Source of the DNA: Pseudodesulfovibrio piezophilus C1TLV30
GTDB taxonomy: Bacteria; Desulfobacterota; Desulfovibrionia; Desulfovibrionales; Desulfovibrionaceae
Reading direction: 5' to 3'
DNA: 32,000 nucleotides
NCBI RefSeq assembly: GCF_000341895.1
Contig: NC_020409.1
Coordinates: 2,400,001 to 2,432,000 of the forward strand
The translations under genes were made by a program, and so were the position numbers. Positions 16,988-24,721 of the stretch are shown here, one piece after another; positions within the stretch are counted from its first letter, which is position 1; every line of letters begins with the position of its first letter. The notes below the pieces were generated by a model that was given only the letters and a program-made list of their open reading frames with translations, was not told the DNA's origin and searched no databases.

Positions 16988-18902
16988 CGCGAAGGTTTGG
17001 GATGCGACGGGCGCGGTGGCCCTGATCATTGTCGCGTTTTTATTCCTCCTTCCCTGCCCGGTCCGGGCGCAAGACAGTGAAACCTTAGCCTCCCTCGGTC
17101 TTGAAGAGCTGATGGATGTCGAGATTGTCACGACTTCGCGCAGAGCCGAGCCACTCTCTCAGGTGGCCGGTGCCGTCACTGTTCTCAACGAAGAAGATAT
17201 CTTCCGCTCCGGGGCCACCTCGCTTCCGGAAGTCCTCCGGCTGGTCCCCGGTGTCCATGTCGCCCAGATGGACACGGATAAATGGGCTATCGGTATCCGT
17301 GGATTCAACGGTATCCTCAGCAACAAACATCTGGTCATGATCGATGGTCGCCCCATCACCTCTCCGGCTACAGCCGGTGTGGACTGGGGCAACTCCATTC
17401 CTGTGAACATGATCAAGCGCATCGAAGTGGTTCGCGGTGTATGGGCGCATTTGTGGGGGGCGGATTCCTTTACGGGGGTCATCAATATTATCACCAAGAC
17501 CGCCGAGGAAACCCAGGGCGGCCAAAGTGTCACCGTTGCCGGGTCCACCGGGGTGGAGCAGAATCTGCGTTTTGGTGGTGCCATGGGCGACATCGGGCAT
17601 TTTTCACTTTATTCCCAGGTTGGCTATACAAGTGGCAACTGGATTGATGGTGATGACGCAAAGGCCTCCAGTGACTGGCTCAAGAAGCAGTTCGGATTTC
17701 GCATGGATTGGGAAAATGCTTTCACGGATGCCCTTTCTTTTCAGGGAAATCTGTCCACCTCCAGCATCATGGATGGCGATTCCGGTTCACCACATGTTTT
17801 TGATCGGCGCAAAAGGGAAGATGCCAGCGGATACGGTCAGTTTACCTGGAATCGTGCCACCGGGCTGGATGCAGGTATTTCCCTCAGAACCTCCTTCACC
17901 AGAGAGCATGCGAATGTGGATGATCTGGAAGGTGGGACCAATATTATCGAAGTTGAAGTGCAGCATGCCATGGAGACTTTCGGTGTCCATAGACTGACAT
18001 GGGGGGTTGGGAGCCGATATTACTGGGATAATATTCGTGCCGGGGAAAAAACGAGTATCGGGCAGGAGCGTCGTTATGTCTTTATGTCCAATGCGTTTGC
18101 TCAGGACAGGATAACCTTGATGCCCGAAAGCCTGTATCTCATTCTCGGGACCAAGTTTGATTATTTCGGGGAAACGCCGGTGGAAATCCAGCCCACTATC
18201 CGTTTGTTGCACACCCGTCTTAATGAAGAGTACTGGATGGCGGTTTCACGGGCAGTCCGGGCTGATACTCGCTGGCAGCGAAGCGGCACATATAAGACCA
18301 TGTACAACGGGACGATGTACACGGTAAAACAACCTGATTCCCTGACAACGGAAAAACTTATGGCCTATGAAGCGGGATATCGGCGGCGAATTTCCGAGAC
18401 ATTGGGCCTGGATGTTTCACTTTACATCAATGATTATGATGAATTGGCCATGCTGGAATTCGACAGTGCGACCAATACCGCATCCCTGAGCAATTCACTG
18501 AAAGGGACTGCGTACGGCATGGAAACCCAGCTTCGGTGGCAGGTGACGGATCAACTGGAACTGCGGCCTTCCATCAGTGCCATTTACCAGAACTTGTACA
18601 GTCTCGACTCCAATCCCGTGGGAGATTCCATGCCAGAGGAAGGAATAATCGGCGAAGTCAAGATGCAGGCTTTGACCAAGCCTGTGGAAAATGTCGGACT
18701 TGATGTGCTTGTCGGCTATGTTGACGCTCCCACGGAAAGAAATATTCCGGGCTATCTCACCCTTGAGGTTCATTCGTCCTGGCGGGCATCGGACAGACTC
18801 ATGTTCGAATTGATCGGCAAAAATCTTGGGGAAGCGACAGAGCAGTATTCCCCCCTCCGCGTCGGGCCCAGTCTCGACCTTCGGGTCACCTGGGAATTCT
18901 GA
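16932..18902 (+). CDS. TonB-dependent-receptor-like outer-membrane protein (plug plus beta-barrel)
   Basis: The signal peptide reads ALIIVAFLFLLPCPVRAQ. The plug reads LEELMDVEIVTTSRRAEPLSQVAGAVTVLNEEDIFRSGATSLPEVLRLVPGV...IEVVRGVWAHLWGADSFTGVINIITK. The C-terminal beta-signal ends in F (LRVTWEF). The true start is uncertain. ATG 16932 overlaps the RR gene by 56 nt, and TTG/GTG alternatives lie near 16968-17016. Confidence 0.85.
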   Translation: MSASRPFVVGGICLQFHSNAKVWDATGAVALIIVAFLFLLPCPVRAQDSETLASLGLEELMDVEIVTTSRRAEPLSQVAGAVTVLNEEDIFRSGATSLPEVLRLVPGVHVAQMDTDKWAIGIRGFNGILSNKHLVMIDGRPITSPATAGVDWGNSIPVNMIKRIEVVRGVWAHLWGADSFTGVINIITKTAEETQGGQSVTVAGSTGVEQNLRFGGAMGDIGHFSLYSQVGYTSGNWIDGDDAKASSDWLKKQFGFRMDWENAFTDALSFQGNLSTSSIMDGDSGSPHVFDRRKREDASGYGQFTWNRATGLDAGISLRTSFTREHANVDDLEGGTNIIEVEVQHAMETFGVHRLTWGVGSRYYWDNIRAGEKTSIGQERRYVFMSNAFAQDRITLMPESLYLILGTKFDYFGETPVEIQPTIRLLHTRLNEEYWMAVSRAVRADTRWQRSGTYKTMYNGTMYTVKQPDSLTTEKLMAYEAGYRRRISETLGLDVSLYINDYDELAMLEFDSATNTASLSNSLKGTAYGMETQLRWQVTDQLELRPSISAIYQNLYSLDSNPVGDSMPEEGIIGEVKMQALTKPVENVGLDVLVGYVDAPTERNIPGYLTLEVHSSWRASDRLMFELIGKNLGEATEQYSPLRVGPSLDLRVTWEF

Positions 18903-19429
18903 TGCGCAGAGTAAAGTCTCTTTTCATAGCGACTTTCCTTTGTGCTGTATTTTTTTTGCCGGGGCATGCACTGGGTGATCATCGTCTGACCGCAAGTCTG
19001 CCTCAACTTGAAGCGCTTTATGTCCAGCGGCTTGTCAATTACGTTCGCTGGCCGGGTAACAGTGGCCCGCAACCGGGGCAGTCCTATATTGTGGCGGCAA
19101 CGGATAGTGCTGTTCTCCGCCCTTTTTTTCCGAAAGAGAGCGGGTTCAAGCTGGTGCAGTGGCCATCGTCTGAATGTCACATACTCCTCATCAACAGGAC
19201 GCCCGACAGGGAAGCCGCAGCTATTCTCAAACGTGCCAAAGGGTATCCTGTCCTGACTATAGGGACCAGACCGATCAACCTCCACCAGGGGGCGATGATC
19301 AACTTCTACATGCAGAGCGGTAAACTCAGAATGCAGGTCAACCCGCAGGCTGCCGACGAAGCGGGACTTTCCATCAGCTCCAGACTCCTGAAACTCGTCA
19401 AGATCTACAGAGAGAAGAGCGATGAATAA
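18902..19429 (+). CDS. YfiR-family (DUF4154) periplasmic protein
   Basis: A signal peptide is present (SLFIATFLCAVFFLPGHALG). The DUF4154-like core reads LEALYVQRLVNYVRWP...ECHILLI...GYPVLTIG...GAMINFYMQSGKLRMQVNPQAADEAGLSISSRLLKL. The ATG overlaps the TBDR stop by 1 nt. Confidence 0.78.
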   Translation: MRRVKSLFIATFLCAVFFLPGHALGDHRLTASLPQLEALYVQRLVNYVRWPGNSGPQPGQSYIVAATDSAVLRPFFPKESGFKLVQWPSSECHILLINRTPDREAAAILKRAKGYPVLTIGTRPINLHQGAMINFYMQSGKLRMQVNPQAADEAGLSISSRLLKLVKIYREKSDE

Positions 19430-20966
19430 ACGCAGACTGAATCCGTTGGGCCGAAAGATAGTGGCTGCGATATTGGGAACGACCATGCTGTCACTGCTCC
19501 TTGCGCTTCTGCTCAATATTTTCCCCATGGTTCACACGTATCGACAGGCTGCCGTGGACAAGGCTGTGAGCTTGGCTGATCTTGTCGCCAATTCTCTCGG
19601 TCCGGCCATTGATTTCAACGATGTTGATTCCGCCGATGAAGATCTGCATTCCCTTTCCCTGATTCCCAGTGTCACCGGGGCAGCCGTTTATCTTGAAGGG
19701 GGCCATCTTTTTGCTTCGTACGGAGTGGTTCCGACTTTGCCAAAACAGGGAAATCCGGCTGTGAGAACGAGGTTTTCCTCCCTGACAGTCGTCACGGTGA
19801 TTCCTTCCGTGAGCAGTGGCAATCAATTGGTGATCACGATCAGTCTGGATGATCAATGGAGTATGCTCAAAGGTAACTTTCTGGTCGGAGTGCTTATTTC
19901 CCTTGGTGTGTTCTTTTTCAGTTCCAGGCTGGCAGGGCATTTTCGGCGCAAGCTGGCCGGCCCTCTTACGCAACTGACTCGGGTCGTTTCCGATATCTCG
20001 CTTGAGCGGGATTATTCTCGCCGCGTTCACTATGACAGTGATGATGAAATTGGCGTGCTCGTGACTGAGTTCAACTCCATGCTTCAGAAAATTCAGGAAA
20101 GGGATGCCCGGCTCGATCGCCATCGTGAACATCTGGAGTATCAGGTGGAACAGCGGACCATGCAGTTGCAACTCAAGCAGGATGAATTGGTGCGCAACAA
20201 TCAGTTGTTACTCAAAGAGATACGCAACAGAATCCAGGCCGAGATGATCCGGGAGGAAGTGGAGCGTATCAACCGCCATGATCTCAAATCCGGGTTAAGC
20301 CTGGTTATCGGGTATCCTGAACTGCTGCTTCGTAATGGGGGACTGGACCGGGAGCAGGAAAAAATGGTTCGTCGTATCCGGGCAGCTGGATACAGGATGC
20401 TCGACATGATCCGTAACCATTTGAATATGTTCATGATGGAGAAAGGTATTTACTCGCTTCGGCAGGAACGGGTTGATCTTGTCGAGCTTGTGTGTGGTCT
20501 CGAGGAGGAATTTGCGCCTTTGCTCAAGAGCCTTGGCATCTCATTGAGTATCGATCTTGACGGATGCCAGGTCGTGGGGGACGAGGAATTTTCCGTAACC
20601 GGAGACACCATGCTCATCAGGGCCATGCTCAGAAATCTCATGCAGAATGCCGTGGAAGCTTCAAAAGCGGGCGATACGGTTGGGGTCGAAATGACCGATG
20701 GTGTGAAAAAAAGGATTGCCGTGATCAATCCCGGCGAAGTGGATGCAACGGTTCGGCGTCGGTTTTTCGAGAAATATGTGACCCATGGTAAAGAGAACGG
20801 CACTGGGCTTGGGACGTATTTTGCCGCGCTGATCGCCAGAACTCATGGTGCGGATATCACCATGAAAACCAGTGGGGTGGATGGAACCAGCGTGACTGTG
20901 CTCTTTCGGACTGATCGGGAGCCGAAAGTAAGTGACAGTCCGGATCAAGCCTCACTTTCTGGGTGA
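19422..20966 (+). CDS. Sensor histidine kinase with CHASE8-type periplasmic domain, HAMP, coiled coil, DHp and HATPase
   Basis: The CHASE8-like segment reads AVSLADLVANSLGPAIDFNDVDSADEDLHSLSLIPSVTGAAVYLEGGHLFASYG. The HAMP segment reads LTQLTRVVSDIS...DEIGVLVTEFNSMLQKI. The H-box is NRHDLKSGLS and the G2 box is NGTGLGTYFAALIARTHGADI. The start overlaps the yfiR-like stop by 8 nt. Confidence 0.88.
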   Translation: MNKRRLNPLGRKIVAAILGTTMLSLLLALLLNIFPMVHTYRQAAVDKAVSLADLVANSLGPAIDFNDVDSADEDLHSLSLIPSVTGAAVYLEGGHLFASYGVVPTLPKQGNPAVRTRFSSLTVVTVIPSVSSGNQLVITISLDDQWSMLKGNFLVGVLISLGVFFFSSRLAGHFRRKLAGPLTQLTRVVSDISLERDYSRRVHYDSDDEIGVLVTEFNSMLQKIQERDARLDRHREHLEYQVEQRTMQLQLKQDELVRNNQLLLKEIRNRIQAEMIREEVERINRHDLKSGLSLVIGYPELLLRNGGLDREQEKMVRRIRAAGYRMLDMIRNHLNMFMMEKGIYSLRQERVDLVELVCGLEEEFAPLLKSLGISLSIDLDGCQVVGDEEFSVTGDTMLIRAMLRNLMQNAVEASKAGDTVGVEMTDGVKKRIAVINPGEVDATVRRRFFEKYVTHGKENGTGLGTYFAALIARTHGADITMKTSGVDGTSVTVLFRTDREPKVSDSPDQASLSG

Positions 20967-20987
20967 GCAGAATATCAGAACGGTTGG

Positions 20988-23726
20988 TTAGTCCACGCTG
21001 TCATGCATGGAGGTTTTGGGGCGTCTACTCAGGGAAGACATCAGCTCTGATGCATCCACGGGTTTGGCAAGATAGTCTGTCATTCCGGCATCAAGGAATA
21101 TTTCCCTGTCACCATCCATTGCATGGGCGGTGAGGGCGATGATGGGAATCATTTTCTTGGTTTCACCGGCCTTGCCCATTCGTATGGCGCGCGTTGCTTC
21201 CAATCCGTCCATCACAGGCATCTGAACATCCATAAGCAATAAATCGTAATCATCCGTGCGAAGCGCTTCCAGCGCCAACTGTCCATTTTCCACTGCCTTG
21301 ACTCGGTGTCCCTGTTTTTCGAGCAAACGGCATATGGCCAGTCGGTTGACGCGGACGTCCTCAGCCACCAGTATATCAAGATTTCGGGAGTCAGTTTCCT
21401 GAAGCTGTTCGTGCTCCGTCGGGGTGGACGCGGCCTGTTCTGTTTGCTGGAAAAGAACGGTAAAATGGATGGTTGTTCCGCCGGAGGCATTGTTTTCAAT
21501 GGAAAGCGTGCCCCCCATCAACGCGATGAGTTGCTTACAGATGCTTAGGCCCAGTCCAGCTCCTTCATAGCGGCGTGTAGAGCTGGAATCTTCCTGTGTG
21601 AAAGGAGTAAAGAGTGTCTTCAGGGTCTCGTCCCGGATGCCTTTCCCCGTGTCGCTGACAGTAAAGAGGACTCGTTCCAATCCTGCCCTGACCCTGGGCA
21701 GAAGTTGCGTTTCCAAGGTAATACTGCCTTGAGTGGTGAACTTGAAGGAATTGCCTACGAAATTGGTCAATGTCTGAAGTAGCCGAGCGGAATCACCAAT
21801 CAGTATCGGGGGAATGGCCGGGTCGAGTTGGACTTGGAGTTTCACGCCAGTCTCTCTGGAAGCTGCCTTGAAGAGGAAGACGATATGATTGATTATTTCA
21901 GGGATTTCCAGTGGGGCCGGGCGCAGAGTCAGTTCTCCTGTTTCGATACGGGAAATATCGAGAATGTCACTCAGAAGGCGGGTCAGCCGTTTGCATGATT
22001 CAATGGCGATGATCGAGTATTCGCGCTGTTCGTCAGTTTGGCGTGTGGATTCGAGGAGTTGTAGCATCCCCATGATGCCGTTGAGGGGGGTTCGTATCTC
22101 GTGGCTCATGTTGGCCAGAAATCGGGTTTTGGCGGTACTCGCTTTTTCCGCTTCATCCTTGGCTGCCATCAACTCTGCTCTGGCACGGTTTTCATGGGTG
22201 ACATCACGGAAGATACTGAGGGCCATTTGTCTGTCATTGAAGGAAATGAGACTTGTGCTGACCGAGAGTGATCGTGTTTCCCCTCCAGCGGTGATCAGCG
22301 GAAGGTCCCTCTGGTTCTCCGGTCCGGCATGAAGCAGTTGTCTGACGGCAAAGGGAACAGTGCCATGGGGAAGGAGGCCATCAAATGACATACCCATCAG
22401 GTGTGATCTGGAGATACCGAAAAATATTTCGGCGATCTTGTTTCCCTCAACGATGATCCCGGATTCGAGATCGATGACAAGAATCGGGTCTTTTGTCTTG
22501 TCAAATAAAGCCTGATACTTGGCCTCGCTTTCATTGAGCGCTTTTTCCGCACGTTTGCGTCTGGTGATGTCCCGAAATTCCACGACCCGGACCTGCTGTT
22601 TTCTGTACGGGACAGCTCGCCCTTCGAGTTGGAGTGGATACTCTCGTCCGTCTTTACGGACTCCAGTGACCTCGTACGCTTTTTCCAGCCCTGAAACAAT
22701 ATTGTGAACCACTGTTTCCCTGTCCTTGGCCGCGACGAGACGCAGGGCGTCCATGCCTCTCAGTTCTTCCTGTGCATATCCCGTGATCTCAGCGAGTTCC
22801 TGGTTGCAGTCGAGGATGGTTCCCATGTCATGAATGACGATGCCGCTGAAAGAGGTGTTGTGAATGGAATTGAAGATTCCGCCCTCATCAGAGAAGGTCA
22901 GAGGTTTTGTGCCATCATCGGGAGTCTTGCGCAGGATAGTAACATGAAGATTCTTCCCTTCAAAGGACACAGAACTGGTTTGGGTTTTACAGGGGAAGGT
23001 GGTGCCATCCTTGCGAAGGGCGACGGTCTCATGCACTTCACCCGAACTCCGTGTGTAGGCTTCCATGGCCTGGGGGCGGTGTGCATGATCAATCCAGTGT
23101 CTCCATTCCTGACCCAGCGCTTCGCTTTCGCTGTAGCCGAAAAGTTCTCTAGCTGCCCTGTTCTGGCCTCGACATATGCCGTTTTCAGAAAGGAAAACAG
23201 CTTCAAAGGGTGAGTTGTCAATCTTTTCGTAGAGCTGTTTGGCTTCATCTCGCCGATGTTTCTTCCCATGATCTTCATCTTTGTTAATCAACACCCCTGA
23301 GATGAAAAGCGGCTTTCCTTCATGGTCGATCTGGATGGTTTTGCCGCTGGCAACGCAGGTGATCCATTGGCCGGAATATGAGATGAGGCGATGTGTACAG
23401 TGAAAGCTTTCGGCGCTGCCTTCTTGCAGAGAATGAAGCAGTGTCACAATTTTTTCTCTGTCCTCCGGGTGGACATGGGATGTCCAGAAGGTCATGTCAG
23501 AACGAATATCGGCAGGAGGATAGCCCAGTATTTCGGACCAGAGCTGTTCGTAATGAACCTGCCCGGCCTGGGCATTCCAGACCCATGTTCCGAGCCGGCC
23601 CTCTTGCATGGCCAACTGGAGAATCTCGCGGCTGGTATGGTTTTTTTCAGGAGCCATGAGTTCTTGTCGAAGAGTTTGCACCTCGCGGAGCAGCTCTTCC
23701 CGTGTCTTTTCATGATCGGATTTCAT
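20988..23726 (-). CDS. Hybrid sensor histidine kinase (several PAS domains, HisKA, HATPase, C-terminal REC)
   Basis: Repeated PAS-like blocks are present. The H-box is SHEIRTPLNGIMGMLQLL and the G2 box is GAGLGLSICKQLIALMGG. The REC reads ILVAEDVRVNRL...LLLMDVQMPVMDG...ALTAHAM. I prefer ATG 23726. The listed ORF begins at TTG 23756. Confidence 0.9.
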   Translation of the reverse strand: MKSDHEKTREELLREVQTLRQELMAPEKNHTSREILQLAMQEGRLGTWVWNAQAGQVHYEQLWSEILGYPPADIRSDMTFWTSHVHPEDREKIVTLLHSLQEGSAESFHCTHRLISYSGQWITCVASGKTIQIDHEGKPLFISGVLINKDEDHGKKHRRDEAKQLYEKIDNSPFEAVFLSENGICRGQNRAARELFGYSESEALGQEWRHWIDHAHRPQAMEAYTRSSGEVHETVALRKDGTTFPCKTQTSSVSFEGKNLHVTILRKTPDDGTKPLTFSDEGGIFNSIHNTSFSGIVIHDMGTILDCNQELAEITGYAQEELRGMDALRLVAAKDRETVVHNIVSGLEKAYEVTGVRKDGREYPLQLEGRAVPYRKQQVRVVEFRDITRRKRAEKALNESEAKYQALFDKTKDPILVIDLESGIIVEGNKIAEIFFGISRSHLMGMSFDGLLPHGTVPFAVRQLLHAGPENQRDLPLITAGGETRSLSVSTSLISFNDRQMALSIFRDVTHENRARAELMAAKDEAEKASTAKTRFLANMSHEIRTPLNGIMGMLQLLESTRQTDEQREYSIIAIESCKRLTRLLSDILDISRIETGELTLRPAPLEIPEIINHIVFLFKAASRETGVKLQVQLDPAIPPILIGDSARLLQTLTNFVGNSFKFTTQGSITLETQLLPRVRAGLERVLFTVSDTGKGIRDETLKTLFTPFTQEDSSSTRRYEGAGLGLSICKQLIALMGGTLSIENNASGGTTIHFTVLFQQTEQAASTPTEHEQLQETDSRNLDILVAEDVRVNRLAICRLLEKQGHRVKAVENGQLALEALRTDDYDLLLMDVQMPVMDGLEATRAIRMGKAGETKKMIPIIALTAHAMDGDREIFLDAGMTDYLAKPVDASELMSSLSRRPKTSMHDSVD

Positions 23727-23858
23727 ACCCCAACTGTAACATGAGTTGCTGTTCAAAGGGAAATGAAGGACCTCTTTTCCAAGTTATTTTTAGATTATTT
23801 TTTGAAGATTCGATATTGATGGTCCATTTTGTTCAATAATTCACGAGTGATCAGTGTA

Positions 23859-23882
23859 AAAACTGAGTGTATACTCAGTTTT
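23859..23882. promoter_or_regulatory. Operator 1: perfect 10-4-10 palindrome AAAACTGAGT-gtat-ACTCAGTTTT
   Basis: Read directly from the sequence. The arms are exact reverse complements. It lies in the divergent region between the hybrid HK and the TetR gene. Confidence 0.55.
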
Positions 23883-23892
23883 CTTGTTTTTT

Positions 23893-23922
23893 TTGACATT
23901 CAAGTCTGTTGAAAAGTATTAA
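23893..23922 (+). promoter_or_regulatory. Candidate sigma70 promoter of the TetR gene (TTGACA-N18-TATTAA)
   Basis: TTGACA lies at 23893-23898 and TATTAA at 23917-23922. The predicted transcription start falls inside operator 2. Confidence 0.35.
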
Positions 23923-23926
23923 TAAA

Positions 23927-23950
23927 AAAACTGAGTGACTACTCGGTTTT
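23927..23950. promoter_or_regulatory. Operator 2: 10-4-10 palindrome AAAACTGAGT-gact-ACTCGGTTTT (one mismatch)
   Basis: It has the same half-site and spacing as operator 1, centred 68 bp downstream. It sits immediately after the -10 element and about 25 nt upstream of the TetR ATG. Confidence 0.55.
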
Positions 23951-23972
23951 TATAAAAGACGGATTGGAAGGA

Positions 23973-24575
23973 ATGAAAAAGAAAGAAGCCATATTGAAAG
24001 TCGCAACTGTTATGTTCGCAAATAAAGGATTTGTGGATACGTCCGGGCAGGAACTGGCGCGCATGACGGGCGTTGCCGAAGGGACCATCTTCTATCATTT
24101 CGGGAGCAAGGAAGGGTTGCTTTTGGCAATCCTGGAGAAGACGCGCGACGAGATTGTTGACCAGTTCGAGCAGTTTTTCGAGAACAGGCCGTTTGCGTCG
24201 GGGTTGGAGATGATCGAAGAAGTTGTCGCCTTTCACCTCTACCTTGCGGGGTTGATGGAAGACAAGTTTCTTCTGTTGCATAGGCACTTTCTTTACAAAT
24301 TTTCAGAGTCGAACCAGGGGTTCAGGCAAAATCTGGAGGCCATTTACAATTGCCTCGTTGATATTTTTGAAAAGGCTATTGCGACTGGCCGGGCAGACGG
24401 CTCCATTAGCCAGGATGTCAATCCGCGAAAATCTGCGCTTATTCTGTTTACAATGGTTGATGGTCTCGTACGGTTCAAGAATTACAATTTATATGACGCG
24501 GGTGCGTTATTCAACGAACTGATGGCGATGTGTCGAAGGATGTTGCGAGCGGAGTGCCATGATCCTTCGATTTGA
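23973..24575 (+). CDS. TetR/AcrR-family transcriptional regulator
   Basis: The N-terminal HTH reads ILKVATVMFANKGFVDTSGQELARMTGVAEGTIFYHFGSKEGLL. ATG 23973 is preceded by GGAAGGA. The listed start at 23964 is a TTG. Confidence 0.92.
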   Translation: MKKKEAILKVATVMFANKGFVDTSGQELARMTGVAEGTIFYHFGSKEGLLLAILEKTRDEIVDQFEQFFENRPFASGLEMIEEVVAFHLYLAGLMEDKFLLLHRHFLYKFSESNQGFRQNLEAIYNCLVDIFEKAIATGRADGSISQDVNPRKSALILFTMVDGLVRFKNYNLYDAGALFNELMAMCRRMLRAECHDPSI

Positions 24576-24721
24576 TGACCAGGGCAAGTATATGGGTGGG
24601 GTATTCTTCTGCCGGGGCAGAGGGTAGACTGGATTTGGTGAAAATCGTGCTTGGGAGACAGTGATCCGAAGCAAATGCGTGAGCAGCGATTCGCAGACGC
24701 AAGACTAAAGGAAGAGGCTGA

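Noticed and set aside
18770-20171. Minus-strand ORFs of 252 aa (18770-19528) and 226 aa (19491-20171)
   Set aside because: They are antisense to the yfiR-like and CHASE8 kinase genes, whose plus-strand products have clear signal peptide, HAMP and H-box features.
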